Source of the DNA: Sphagnum compactum
Lineage: Eukaryota
NCBI GenBank assembly: GCA_965153455.1
Contig: OZ234493.1
Location: 20,202,213 to 20,266,212 of the forward strand
Direction: 5' to 3'
Length of the DNA stretch: 64,000 nt
The position numbers and the translations under genes were made by a program. Within the stretch, counting starts at the first letter, position 1; each line of letters starts with the position of its first letter. This document shows positions 41,346-54,709 of the stretch, in pieces. Below the pieces are notes generated by a model, which had not been told where the DNA came from, made no database searches, and saw nothing but the letters and a program-made list of their open reading frames with translations.

Positions 41346-44247
41346 TCACACTGCTGCAAGCGAAGCTGTAGCTGGAACAGCTTCATGTATCTTCTTCCCA
41401 GAACTGTACTTCTTTGTGATGAACCTGACATCCAAACAGCAGCCACCCATCAAATTTAGATGAACCCAAATATAAGCTAGAACCTAGTTATCAGTTGTAC
41501 CCACTGGAGTCCCAAAAGGAATTCAACCATATCAGCTAGCATTGGACTGTAACCTCAGAGCTCACAGCAGCCCAAAAGGGGACAATGGTAAGGTGAATAA
41601 AAGGAATTACAGTGAGAACCAGCCATGCACAAAATTGAATATGAATGTTCACCTGAAAAAATCTCGCCAAAGGAGCTCAAAAACAAGCCAGTTCAAGCCA
41701 TTGTCATCATTTGCAGTGGTTGCAGCCTTCACTAACACAGTTGACAATCCTCCCTTACTGCTCAGACAGCAAAAATATCCAACTTAACCACCATCTTAGA
41801 CTATTATAGAACAAAAGAATGTCTCTGGTGTTTGAGGTTTAAGCTAAGATAGGAAAGCACTACACATCAAAGCAGAAAAAAGGTTTTTGATGTAAGGTGT
41901 GGTTGGTTTAAAAAATCAGATGAAGGTAAAGCACATGTGAAACCACACCTGGGACCATCCTTCTTCAGATCCTCAAACATGCGGCGAGGAGAGAGACAGC
42001 CCATGGCCAACCAAGGTGAAATCTTGCAAGAAAAATTGGCACCATACAAGCTGTCACCTCCTCCCTCAGATTTAGAACCACTGAAAGCTTTGGCTTGGTT
42101 AGCTACTTGACCTGGCACTTCCAGTGCAAACCTTTGAAGCCGCTTCAGAGCTTCCCCTTCACCCCCCACAAGCATTGCTCCCCCTGCTGTTTGACTGTCC
42201 TGCTATGTCACCACAAAGCTGTCAAGACAACACCAAAAGATAACCTGCCTTGAGCAGATAGTCTTCTCTAAAGACAAATACATCTTGTTAGCAATGGTGG
42301 TTCCATTATGATGCAAGCAATCTAGATGCAAACAAGAACAACAAACATGCACACATACAGAAGAAAAGAGAAGGAAAAACCTGTCGCAACACTGTGGTGG
42401 GATTTAAACCAAGTTCCTGCAGGGAAGGAATGTCCCCAGGTTTCACACCTCCTTGCTGAGGCAGGCCTTTAAGCTGCGTAGGTGCTTCAATGGTATTTCT
42501 AACATGTACATTCTGAACCTTCTCCCGGAAACCACCATAGTTGGATGGCATTTCATGCAGCTTGAATGGTAAGTCCTCAGGGTGGAACAAAGTGCTGCCC
42601 CAGAAGTACTTTGTCTCCACACCTTCATCCTTCAACACTGCTGACACTTTCTCCTCTGACTAGAATACAAAGCAACATCTTATCAGCATTTCAACTAACA
42701 TCTCATTAGACAACATGATAAAGTGAGGAAATTTCCATCTTTCCTTCTCTCATTTATGTACTGTAGCTCTGGAACCTCTTAAGCATTCAGCACAACTAGT
42801 GTCACAATCAACCATTGGACATACGAAAGCACAAAAAATGTCAGGAAGATTCATTGAGCGGAAACTCTGCATCCAGAGAGATCTAAGAAAGCTCATGACA
42901 GTGGTCCCTGGAGAATTCTGTAGCTGGTACACAAAGAGAACCTACCTCTTGCTCTTCATGAGTGACTTCCTGGTGCACATATAATCCACTGGCTCCCACA
43001 CTCTTAGCCAGATTTACAAGCACTTCTTCTGGGTTGCCAACCCTAACAATTAAGTCTGAGCCCCTTTCTCTCAAACTTGCCCGCAGGTTTGCAACACACT
43101 CCAACAAGAATTTTGCACGGTAAGGGCCAGTCTTATCAAAACCTGAAGAAGATTTTCCATAGTCTCTTGGATCAAAGCAGTAAACTGGAAGGATGGATGA
43201 GGAATCATGGTTAGCTGACACCAGGGCTTCATTGTCATGCACTCTGAGATCGTTCCTGAACCACACAATTGATGCTTGGCGCAAACCTGCTGCATTCCCT
43301 GGATTCTTAAACTGATGGCCTCGGAGTCGATCATACTCAGGGAAAGCGGAAACGTGCTTCGAATCCTTCTTTGCTCCGGTAGCTGGGGAAGCTACAGGAA
43401 TGTCAAGTGCTACCTGCAACAAAGGAGATGGTTTGCAATGTCACCCACATAAACGGTTTTCATGTAAAACCCACCAGGGATATTTCCCAGGATTGCTCAC
43501 AATGCAGGAAACTGAAAGAAATTTCTTCCTGTAAACAGTAGCCCACAAAGCTTGGATCGACCTAGTCTGCTTGCAGGAAAATTATTTACACAAGAGACAG
43601 CCCGTTCTAGCAGCAAATCATGTTGGCTGAGAATGGAAAACCCATTTGACCTAATTGCAAGCCTTGCAATCTTCCCTATCCAATGGCTACCACTACAACA
43701 TATATATCTTCGCGAGACCGTCAGACATCGCGACATTGCGGAACTCCCTGATAGAAACAGGGAAAAAAACACATCCGTGTCCAAAGAGATGGAGAGAAAG
43801 AAAACCCACCTGGATTTGGGAGGAAGCCACCACTGGCAGTGGGTTGTGGCTATTTTTCGCAGACGGCACTGCTGCAGCGGGAGGCGCTTTCGAGACGAAA
43901 ACAGCAGAAGAACCTTGTGCAGAACTGCCGCGACTGGATGATGCCGCTGCTTGAAGGACCCTGTTGGAGTTGGTCAGAACAAGGCTAGATGACAACACAG
44001 AACCGAGCGCAAGCGATATCGATGCCACACCGGCGGGGAAATGATGGGAAACAGCGGCGGCGGCAGCACGAGGATGAGGAGTCTCACAAACCTCGTCCTG
44101 GCTCACCGTTTCTTCTTGGCTAGGAAGATGACCCGACGCCGAATTGTAAGCTGCCTTAGGTAGTGAAGGAACAGAGGAAGACAGTGCGCGAACCACATTA
44201 TGGTCCATGATGAGTTCCAAGTCATGAAATCCGCCATCGCTCGCCAT
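41346..44247 (-). CDS. PHR2: Blue-light photoreceptor / photolyase-like protein PHR2; 6 exons
   Basis: Exons 44247-43810, 43413-42946, 42659-42381, 42199-41949, 41757-41653, 41424-41346, all phase-consistent. Motifs: IVWFRNDLRVHDNEAL, DPRDYGKSSSGFDKTGPYRA, FWGSTLFH, GGEGEAL, YGANFSCKISPWLAMGCLSPR, WLVFELLWRDFFRFITKKY. The short C-terminus lacking a full FAD domain is typical of PHR2. Confidence 0.93.
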
Positions 44248-45095
44248 AGCTACTGCTGCGGCGCTCTCGTCTCTCGCTCCTCTCGTTCTATTTCGCTCTG
44301 TGTGTCTCTCTTTTTGTGTCCCTCTCTTTCTCTCTCACTGACTCTTCGATTGTGTAAAAAGTGAGACTTGCAAGGGCTTTCAGGAAAAGCCCTTGACAGG
44401 ACTCTTTTATCCTTCCACAAAAGTGCTGAAATAATAATTTCGGCCCTCCTTCCAAAAGATCGGTACCTAACCCTTTCCACCTTTGTTTTTCACTCATCTC
44501 CTTATTTTTCCATTCTCAAAGGCAAAAAAAACAACATGGAATTTTCTTCACCTTTCTTTTACCTTTGCAAGCCAGAAAACAAGAGAAACACCCGAATTAA
44601 GCAACAGTGGTTTTAACTTTTGACCCTTTGGTGAAACTTGGGTGGTCGCCTACACTGATCTTTTTTAATTTAAAAATTTGTCAATTTTTTGGAAACAATT
44701 TGGGAATTTTTGGGAGAAATGTGTTTTTTTTAGTGCAAATTCAACTAATTTTGCTGATCTTTTAGAAAATTGATCAAATTCTCAATATCACAAAATTGGG
44801 AAAAAAAAAGAAAAAAACCTGTCCAGGGTTTTTTTTTCCTTTTCAATTTTGTGATGTTGCTCATGAGGCAATCGTCCATAAGAATATTTAACCAAATTTA
44901 GTGATATTCAAAACATGAAAGTAGAAAAATCGTAAGCACCCTTTCATGTAGCAAATTTTGGTGACTTTTTTTTTAAACTCCTTTTCTGGCAATTTTTTTT
45001 TCAAATGCAGGGAATTTGAAAAAGAATACTCTTTGTGAAAATGATGAAAATTCACCACAAAAACAATCGCTGCCTGGAACTTGCTTACATGTATA

Positions 45096-46919
45096 CTAGT
45101 TTGAACCCCGTGCCTAATTCACAGGTGTGTTATTTCAACAATGTTTGGCTCATGTTTTAGTTTTTTTTAAGACTTTTATCTTTTTTAATTTTAATTTTTA
45201 TGTGTTTTCTGTTTTTATTATTATTTTGTATAATAAAAATAAAGTGTTTCTTTTTCACTTTTGTATTTTTGTTTATTTGGATGCAAGTTTGAAGTTTGGA
45301 GAAAGAAGACACACCTCATTCTTTTTCAAGTAGGGTTTTTCTTCATTATTATAAGTTTTATTTTTTCTTATTTTCTCCTCTTTATTTGGTTTCTTCTTTT
45401 TTGTAATTTTTTTCTTTTAAGATGATTTTAGTGTATTTTCCTTTCCTTGTTTCATTTGTTTCCATTCCTTTTTTATAGTTTTTGTGTTTTTACTTTTTTT
45501 TGTTTATGTTTGTTTCATGTTTTAATTTTTTCTATTCTTATTTTGTCTATCTTCATTTTTTTCTATTTTTATGCGTTTATTTATTTATTTAGTTTCTATT
45601 TTCTTTTCCAAAAAAATTCTAGTTTTTCTAATATGTTTTATAATAAAAATAATTTAAAAAAAAATTGTTTTTGTTTGATTAGATGCAGGTCTGAAGTTTG
45701 GAAAAAGAAGACAAACCTCATTTTTTTTTTCAAGTATCGTTTTTTTTCTCTTTCTTTTGCTCTCTGTTTTGTTTCTTATTTTTTGTCATCTATTTTTTAA
45801 TTTTCTTTTAAGATTATTTTACTGTATTTCCCTTTTTTGTTTCATGTTTAAGTGTTTACAAAAAGTTTCTAATTGTTAAAGTGTTTTTCTGTTTTTATTT
45901 GTTTTCTAGTTTTTTCCCTTTTTAAAATATATATTTGTTCTGTTTGGATGGATGACGGGAGGGATGACGGGAGGGATGACGGACGGAGGGATGGATGCAC
46001 AGGTGTGTTATTTCAACAATGTTTGGTTCATGTTTTAGTTTTTAAGAAAAACTTTTATCTTTTTTATTTTTTTATTTTTATGTGTTTTCTGTTTTTATTA
46101 TTATATTGTATAATAAAAATAAAGTGTTTCTTTTTCACTTTTGTATTTTTGTTTATTTGGATGCAAGTTTGAAGTTTGGAGGAAGAAGACACACCTCATT
46201 CTTTTTCAAGTAGAGTTTTTCTTCATTATTATAAGTTTTATTTTTTCTTATTTTCTACTCTTTATTTGGTTTCTTCTTTTTTGTAATTTTTTTCTTTTAA
46301 AATGATTTTACTGTATTTCCCTTTCCTTGTTTCATTTGTTTCCAATCCTTTTTTATAGTTTTTGTGTTTTTACTTTTTTTTGTTTATGTTTGTTTCATGT
46401 TTTAATTTATTCTATTCTTATTTTGTCTATCTTCATTTTTTTTCTATTTTTATGCGTTTATTTATTTATTTAGTTTTTCTTTTCTTTTCCAGAAATTTTT
46501 TAGTTTTTTTAATATGTTTTATAATAAAAATAATTTATTTTTAAAAAAAAATTTGTTTGATTAGATGCAGGTTTGAAGTTTGGAAAAAGAAGACAAACCT
46601 CCATTTTTTTTCAAGTATGGTTTTATTTCTCTCTCTTTTGCTCTCTGTTTTGTTTCTTATTTTTTGTCATCTATTTTTTAATTTTCTTTTAACATTATTT
46701 TACTGTATTTCCCTTTTTTGTTTCATGTTTAAGTGTTTACAAAAAGTTTCTAATTGTTAAAGTGTTTTTCTGTTTTTATTTTTTTTCTAGTTTTTTCCCT
46801 TTTAAAACTATATATTTGTTCTGTGTGGATGGATGACGGGACGGATGACGGACGGACGGATGACTGGACGGATTCAGGGGAAGCTTCATTAACATCCCGG
46901 CGTCTTTTACTATATATGA
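45096..46919 (-). mobile_element. Non-autonomous Helitron made of two ~878-bp tandem units
   Basis: On the minus strand it starts A|TCATATATAG (46919) and ends with hairpin CCTGTGAATTAGGCACGGG, then GTTCAAA-CTAG|T (45096). Inserted between A and T with no TSD. Units start at 45121 and 45999, each ending in GGATGACGGR repeats. Confidence 0.82.
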
Positions 46920-47515
46920 TATTGACTTAATCAATATATTCACCTTTGTAATGGTAAATAAAAATTGACACGTATATTAGTCAAGTAAGGGTAGTTAACT
47001 TGGGTCCATTCTGGGTGAATGTAAGGTACATAAGGGGGAAGAACTGGGTAAATTTAAGCCCCTTGAAGGGTGTCAAACTGGATTGGGTCACACAAGGTTG
47101 CCAAAATGCCTTCTATTTTGCAAAATTAATGGAACTTAAATCATGCAAAATGAGAAAGATATAGCCTATTGAATCAAACCCTTATAACCAAAAGTGGGGT
47201 CACATAAAACCTCTTATAATCTTCTATTCCAACACTCATGACACTATTGAACAATCTTCTCAACACTGACTTCCAACATTCCAACACAAAAACAACTAAA
47301 ATGTACTCATTGTCATAATTTTGGTATAATCGATCTCTTTGATTTATATGTGTTTATGTCAACCATATAATCAATTCCCACCAACATGAGAGTTTGTAAG
47401 ATACATGGTAGTTTGTATTACATGTCTGATGAAAGACAACCTACAAATATTACATACCAATATTTCAACAGCATAGGATAATACTTCATGATATTCACAA
47501 CTGAAAACACGTATG

Positions 47516-47796
47516 CACAATGCAATCTTTGTTGTTGTTACATACCAACATCCCAGGGAAATAGATAGAGTAGCACACCCTCTCTAGAAACTCTCTTCTT
47601 AAATAAACCCTGCAAAGTATTTCAGCGCTATTGTAAACCCTCTTGTTTCCAACTTAACACAATGCAATCTCCATTGTTGTTACATTCTGACATCCCAGGG
47701 AAATAGTTTCAGTAGCACACCTTCTCTACAAAAATTCTTCTTAAATAAACCCTGAAAAGTATTCCAGAGCTAGTGTAACACTCTTGTTTCCAACTT
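47516..47796. repeat. ~142-bp diverged tandem duplication
   Basis: CACAATGCAATCT...CATCCCAGGGAAATAG...TTCTTAAATAAACCCTG...CTCTTGTTTCCAACTT starts at 47516 and again at 47658. Confidence 0.8.
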
Positions 47797-50700
47797 TCAG
47801 GTCTCACAAGTCTTGTCCAAACCTAACAAAACATATTGTGACCAAAAAGTAAGGGGATGTGACTTACTCACCCTCACCCAATTCTCTGGTTTGTCTATGT
47901 CTGCTACCCTCGCACCTTCTCACAAAACTCTCATAGCCCAAGGTGTCTGGGGCAGCCAGCAAGACATTAATTCTGCACTCAATAGAAAGTGATTTGGGCC
48001 ATTCTCGGCTTCTGCCCTTAAGGATTGGTTCACCAACATTGCACAATCACATACATTTGAAGCATGCCACCCACCAAAATTGCAGTGACACCCTCATAGC
48101 CAGCTGACCACTATAATTCCCTTACCCAATTCCCTCAAAATCAACACACGCAGATGGTCACCATGAGTTCTTCACATAGGAGGAAAGGGAGACAATTCAG
48201 TCATGCAGCAGAAAAATGACAGAAGTGTCTCATAGCCTCACTCCCATTCACAGGTGACCATAGAAATCACTTGTGCATCAATAATACCACTCAGACAGCT
48301 CCCCTCAATGAACACCGCAAGCAAATGCACATTGACATAAAATTGAGGATAACCCAAAATAAAGTTCAGTTTCTGATGTGCAAAGACATAAGCTGGGCAA
48401 TCAGACAACTATTGCGCTCATCCATGCACCGATCACCTGCACTTGACCTGGTCCACACCAGCTGATGAACTCTCTGCATCCAAAATTCAAAACTAGATGT
48501 GTTCATACAGACGTCTCTCATACACACAATATCTGATAAAATCACATTTGCAAGGAAGCTGCTCAGAGTCTGTGCATTTGATAGGTTGCTAAAAAATATT
48601 ATTATGTTTTCTGGCAGAACATTCATGACTTAGCCACAAAAACAAGCATCTACTAGTCTTCTATTCTTCCACACAAAAATTTGAAGGCCTCCATGAGTAT
48701 AGCTGATTTTCCTCACATTGCTTGTCTCTCACTTACTTTCCTCACATTGCTTGTCTCTCACTTACTTCCTCTTCTAAATCCTTAGAAAGTTACTCCCTTG
48801 TATATCTCTAGACTTACTACTCTGCCAGTCCCGTACTCTCTTCTTGTTCTTTCCTCAAAAAACCATCCCAGAAGAAACCCCTCCAGAGTACCTCACAACC
48901 GATATTGCACAAGACCAGATGCTTCCAGAACTTGCAGTTCCCACCTCCTCATTCATCACCAGCCACAATAACCCGTACTGTCAAAAGCACACAAATTGTC
49001 AATGCAGCAGTATGAGGTTCTCACTCAGCAAGAATAAATGTTCTACCCACCAGAGAGCATAGTATGTTCAAACCCTTACAGCCGTGTTTTGAGGTTACAA
49101 TATCTTCCTCCTTTCAGATACATGAAGTTACTTTGCATCTTTCAAGTTGGAATTATGCATTCAAGGAATGGAAGGCAAAGGAAATAGAGTACAGCAGCAC
49201 TGAACAGACATCCAAACTTGCAAATGCCTCCTTAAACCCTCACATGCATCTTCACCAAAATCATTTACTTTCCACAAATTTCAGTTTTATGGTTTGAGAA
49301 TTTAGGATTTTTAGACTATCATTATATAAAAGTTCCCAGGCTTGTGACCTCAGGCTAGACAGCATAGCAAATGTGTTTTGGTGAAACAAATTGAGTAACG
49401 TCTTGCACAATCAGACTCATAAGTCAAGAAGAAGAGCTGGCATCTCATGTTGCCCCATCTGCAGATTGTAAGCTTCATCAATAGCAAAGCCACTTTCTTA
49501 TGGTAGTCATCACACCAGATGAAAACCTCCAAAGCTGAATTCCATTTTGTGACTATATCACACACTAGCCAATGGATGTCATTCGAGGTGCAAGCCAGCC
49601 TGGAGTCACAAAGATTTCAGGTTGCAATATGCATTTAGTAGCAAACTGTTTGGCCTCAAATCCCAATGCAATGAATTTCTCAATTTCAGATGTTTGAGAC
49701 ATAGATGGACAATCCGTTTCCAAGCATTTTGTTAACAAAGATTGAAATTCATATGTGGAAACCTGCTATTCAGGATTGTTACTTTCAATATTGGGTGACA
49801 TGCTTGAAAATTATTCAGATGGTAGGACATAAAATCCATGGTTGTAATACATCATAGGGTATATATAGGATGTAATTACAGAAGTGTAAAGCTCCTTTTG
49901 TACACTTGCCTCTGTAACCATGGTGAAAGACCAACCACAGCTTGAAATGGGGAATATCTCTCTATTTTTGAACAAACAAGAAATGCTTGAGGTACTTGAG
50001 AAATCAACAGTACCTTAGAACAGTCAAAGTCTAGACCATTTCAATTGCTCTGTGATAGCTTCAATTTCTGAAGTATTCAAGCATTCATGCACACCTCCTG
50101 CAAGATCCTCAAGATGACAAATTTCCAGATGGCTGTCTGTTTTAAATGAAACCTATTCCAAATCTCACATCTCAGTGCATCTGTGACAGACACAATCCAT
50201 GTGCACATTACACAAACACAACCATGCATCTGCCATCATCTCTTTGGCATGATAAAGCTTAAATTGTTATTCAAAGAATGTGTGTACATAGACATGGAGT
50301 ATATCCGAGTCTGCTACGATGCCATCCAGTACTACCCTGCTTTCTTCAGTCTACTCAGGATAGCAGCTTGTTGCCACAAAACTAAGTCAAGGTGAAGCTG
50401 AAGAAGGGGCACACAAGCATGATACAGTTGTAGCCAATAAATAAACTGCAGAGTAATCGGTAGGTTGCACAGCAGCTGCTGTTCATCTGCTCATCTGGCA
50501 GCAGATTCAATCAAAAAAGCTTTCAAGAATGCACATAGTATGTGGATTGGGGAAGCAAAAAAAAGTCTGAATTGTTCATACTTATTATCTACAGCTTTTA
50601 TAACATGTGAGTTGAAACTCTCTGCAGGCTTTACCATGAGATTTCTGCCACCTGAACAGCACCCATCAGATTCTTTTCCTGCGATTCCTGTCCTTGGAAC

Positions 50701-50899
50701 TTAGTTGAGTTTTCAAGGGCTTCTTCTCCTTTTGAGACAACCCACTCATATGTATCAGCTCCAGAGCTTCACCCTGGAAGAAGAAATCACCTAATTGGAA
50801 ACCCCTGCTTGCTGAGGAGGCCTTTCAAGTGTTCCCTCCTTACGTCTGTGAAGCGCTTGAGAGATCGAGGTGGTTCGTGACGCACCGGTCGGTTGCCCT

Positions 50900-51784
50900 T
50901 CACTTGAGCGCCTCTTCCTCATCATAGAAAAGTCCATCGACAACTTTGTCCAGGGCAGAATCCACCAGGTCTATGGCTCCCTTAGACAACGACTTCGCCA
51001 CATCGCTTCTGGCACGCCATGCGAACGCGAAGGCGGCGGCAGAAAGAGTGGCCAAGGCCGAGAGAGCGGCGAACTCCGCCAGTTGCTTCACATCGATGCC
51101 CTTGAACACGCTGTTGCCCGTCACCAGTTCCACTGCAATCGCTAAGAAGAACGCCATCATAGCCAACCGCCCTGACAGGATCTCGAAACTCCGCAACTGC
51201 GCCGCAGCTTGAACGTTCGCCGCCACGAGTTCGAACAAAGATCCCTCCAATCCGCTCATCACTCCCTCCCCTCCATCGCCGAACGCTCTCAAGGTGCACA
51301 TACGTGGCAGCAAAGCCTTCTGAACCCCCTTACCTTTCCCTACTTCGCTCTTCGCACTCGACTGCGCCCTCTCTCCATCCGTCAAAGTGCTCAAAAGAAT
51401 CCGTGTGATGTCAGAAGCCAACCCTTCTCGATCTTCCTCCCCATCTCCTCCACTCTTCTTCTCCTCATTCCCCGACACCCCATCGCTTACTTTACACCTA
51501 CAAGACCCAGATCTAAGAACCCTCGCATTTCTAACTCCCCCCTTGACCCTCCTCAGGCGCTTAACTCCTAAAAAAGCACTTGTGCAAGAACAGCCGCATC
51601 TTCTTTGGGCTGCCAGTCCACACAAATCAGCCGATATTATTGCTTGCCGCAACGAACACGAGACATTTCTGCGTGCCACCACCGATGAGATCAAGCTTCC
51701 CAGGCCTTCAGTCTGCGGTAACGACGCCAAACCAGCCGCTGCAGCAGTCTGATGAAGAGCGACAACAGCCCTTACAGTTGCCAT
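50900..51784 (-). CDS. SEP2: Stress-enhanced protein 2 (two-helix LHC-like protein), chloroplast-targeted; CDS intronless
   Basis: 294-aa ORF with an Ala/Ser/Arg-rich transit-peptide-like N-terminus, LLPRMCTLRAFG, chlorophyll-binding motif EILSGRLAMMAF...VELVTGNSVF, a second TM helix, and C-terminal DKVVDGLFY. Confidence 0.85.
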   Translation of the reverse strand: MATVRAVVALHQTAAAAGLASLPQTEGLGSLISSVVARRNVSCSLRQAIISADLCGLAAQRRCGCSCTSAFLGVKRLRRVKGGVRNARVLRSGSCRCKVSDGVSGNEEKKSGGDGEEDREGLASDITRILLSTLTDGERAQSSAKSEVGKGKGVQKALLPRMCTLRAFGDGGEGVMSGLEGSLFELVAANVQAAAQLRSFEILSGRLAMMAFFLAIAVELVTGNSVFKGIDVKQLAEFAALSALATLSAAAFAFAWRARSDVAKSLSKGAIDLVDSALDKVVDGLFYDEEEALK

Positions 51785-51826
51785 CTAACGCCACAAACCC
51801 CTTTCGCTTTCTTGGCTCGCCCTTGC

Positions 51827-51845
51827 GTGTGTGTGTGTGTCTCTG

Positions 51846-51877
<32 letters not shown>
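51827..51877. repeat. Compound microsatellite (GT)n(CTCTGT)n(CT)n in the SEP2 5' leader
   Basis: Directly visible. Confidence 0.85.
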
Positions 51878-52459
51878 CTTCTGTTCTCCTCCTTGTCCTC
51901 CTCCTCCTCGTCGCTTGCAAACTCCTCCTCGCAGCAGCAGCACACACCACAGTGGCCAAACCGTTTTCGCAAGAAAACTCGAAAAGCACGCAAGCACAGA
52001 AGCTGCAAAGCAGACAATCGAATCGCCGATTCCACTGTAGAATCTCTAATCACCGATTCCAAAATAGAATCGCCTGTTCGTTGGTGAAAGAGTTTTGGTA
52101 ATCCAAGTTCGGAATTGCCTTGTTCTCGTTCCAGCTGTAACTTTGTACCTGGAATTGCTCCTAACATTGTGACTTGTTCTTTACAACACCAAACGTCAGC
52201 TGTGCACGTCCTAATATTGTTAAGAATTGAAATTACCTCCTCTCATTTTTTCCGCACCCCATACGCGCCCACCCCTCCCCCCACCCCCGGGGGCACCCCT
52301 GGCTCTTTTTCATCGGAAAATAGCGGCTGGGAGGAGCGGCCTTCTGCCTCCAAGTTTGACGAATTCGCCCATTGACTAGCAGACTGAGATGTCGTATGTC
52401 TACCCAGTAGGCTCGTGGTACCACATAGGTACCTAGGGCCTAGTAAGTAGGTTGGCTAA

Positions 52460-52610
52460 GGATGACGTAGGTGGCGCGCCAGATGTACGCGCTTTCTGTG
52501 ATGAAACGGAGTGGAGTCTGTCACGTGTGCGAACATGGCAGTTTCCACGTTCGCCCCCTGGTCTCTGTGTGTGTGTGTGTCCCAGAATTCAACGTCCACG
52601 TGTTGAATAT
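52460..52610. promoter_or_regulatory. Cluster of G-box/ACGT elements upstream of SEP2
   Basis: CACGTG at 52522 and 52597 plus TGACGT, CCACGT and AACGT within 150 bp, ~0.7-0.8 kb upstream of the SEP2 ATG. Function is inferred only. Confidence 0.4.
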
Positions 52611-53800
52611 TTTTTTGGAATACTTGGCGAGCTTTGAGTGTTAGGTGAAGCCCTAAGGGGAGGGCATTCTCAGCTCGTATGAGGCCGAGCCGAGGCAACC
52701 CCTTATTGTGAGAACGCCCTCCCTCAAGCATTATATCGCATAAAGCACAGCTACTGAACATTCTGAAGTCTGAAAAGTTCCTCCTCTCGGCAGAGGAACT
52801 TTCATGGTTATAAGGTTCCCTCTGAGTACACTGTGAAAATGAAGCCAGTGCTTTACATATCAGGTAAGGAACAATTTTGAGGCTTTTCCTGAGTTGGAGG
52901 ACCCAGCCAAGGCCCCTCTTCTTCCCAGGTCCTCCGACCCAGGAAGCAGTAAGAGGGGGCCTTACCTTGCATAAAGAACTTTTGCTAATCTGGGATCTTG
53001 CTGTGAGTGGAAGGTCCTTTTGTGTTTTCAACGAATATTCTGTCATGGGAGGTGACTGAAATTACAAAGGAATTTTTTAAAAAGTTCTTTACACGTATTG
53101 TTAAGGCCCTTATGAGTAGGGTAAAGCCCATTCTCAAAATAAGGGGCCTTGGACAAGGCGATAGCTGAGTCTGGCCTCGCATTTTTGGGAATAACCCCCA
53201 CCTATGGGCTTTACTTATCATAAAGCACAAGGCAAAATTTATCCTGAACCAAACCAATGTAGATCACAAGATGTATGAATGGGAAGGTTCTTATGCCTAC
53301 TCCTCAGTAGTGGGAGGGTTCTTACACCTATAAGTAAACATAATTTCCCTCCCATCCTTCAGGAGTAGGCAAAATATCCCTCCCAATTTCTAAGTTGGAA
53401 ATTCATGGATATAAGGTGCCCTCCACATACACTACAAATTTTCTCTGAGTGCTTTACGAGAAAGTAAGCTTACTTGAAAAACTAGGTTGTTAAATTTTTA
53501 TAGAATTCTCTGTCATAGGAGAAGGTCTGCATGCACCCAAGGACCTCCCCTAATTTCAGGTTTTAAGCTCAAAATTAGAGGAGGGCCCTGGGAGCAGGCC
53601 TTCCCCAACGGGAAAAGCACTAAAGGCTTCTTATTCAAATTGCAGAAGGTCTACACATGATTGGCAGAAGGGTCCCTCAGCTGACGAACAAATCTTCCAT
53701 GCAAAGGTGATTTCAAATACAAAGACAAAAAAAACCATAGTAGTGACATACGAAATACGCGTATTTTTCGAAGGTGCTCAAAAAGAAGTATTTTCAAGTA

Positions 53801-54045
53801 TTTTGAGCAGACACCAGCTCAGTAACATATGATGAGCAAAGCGCTGAGCAAGCTGAGCTTAAGTTGTGCCCAAAGCTGTGACCATCTTGAGCAGACATCA
53901 GCTCAGTAACATACGATTAGCAAAACGCTGAGCAAGCTGAGATGAAGTTGTGCCCAAATCTGTGACCATTTTGAGCAGACATCAGCTCAGTAACATACGA
54001 TAAGCAAAACGCTGATCTAGCTGAGCTTAAGTTGTGCCCAAACCC
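53801..54045. repeat. 3 x 84-bp subterminal tandem repeat of the hAT element
   Basis: TYTTGAGCAGACAYCAGCTCAGTAACATA... starts at 53801, 53885 and 53969. Confidence 0.88.
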
Positions 54046-54709
54046 TTCTTAACCAGCTTGAGCATAGGCATACTTTGAATAAAACTGCACATTAGTTTTA
54101 GGGTCTGGTCCTTGTCGAGCTTACAATTGGTTTCAAAGATGATCGAAAACATTTGACACAATTTTACACCTACTTCCGAAACAGTGAACAAAGACAACGA
54201 TGATCACGTAAGCTCACCTTTTACAGAAGTGCATCGCGTCCCCTTTTTGTTCCCGCTCTAATCGTCGTTTGGCTCTTCTTCTTCCATCCAACTAACCATC
54301 TCTTCCTCAAACTCAATGCTGTTCACTTTATGTGTTAGGCGCAGGTCTGAGAAGACATGCACTAGATCCTGAGCTCTTTGTGGGGTCAACCTGTTTCGCT
54401 TTTTCGAATGGATGAAATCGTAAGTGTTCCAGTTGCGTTCGCACGCTGAGGCTGCAGAACATTGGCTGAGGACCGTCACGCCTACTGTCTGAAGCTCTAG
54501 AACTTGCTAACCCCACTGCTGCCAAAATTTCCACCCGGGCATCGCTCTCATGGCCGCTTGAATGCCGGGTCTGCCAAACAAACCTTCCTGGTTTCTAAAC
54601 TGCGCCAATTGCTGTAGGGCTTTTGCTTGATCGTCTACATCTGGGACGAACTTCTCTAGGATGTTCAAAAACCCTTGCATCACTTTCGCATTCTGGTCTT
54701 GTCCATATT

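Noticed and set aside
45127..46760. Phe/Leu-rich ORFs resembling membrane proteins
   Set aside because: Artefact of the T-rich Helitron strand.
47516..47796. Tandem H/ACA snoRNA pair
   Set aside because: The putative H box is not conserved between the two copies and I could not identify an rRNA target.
49411..49513. C/D snoRNA-like boxes (GTGATGA...CTGA) on the minus strand
   Set aside because: No terminal stem and no convincing rRNA antisense element.
21539..51784. ProDH + PHR2 + SEP2 as a stress/light gene cluster
   Set aside because: Unrelated pathways separated by transposons and TEDC1; adjacency alone is not evidence of a system.
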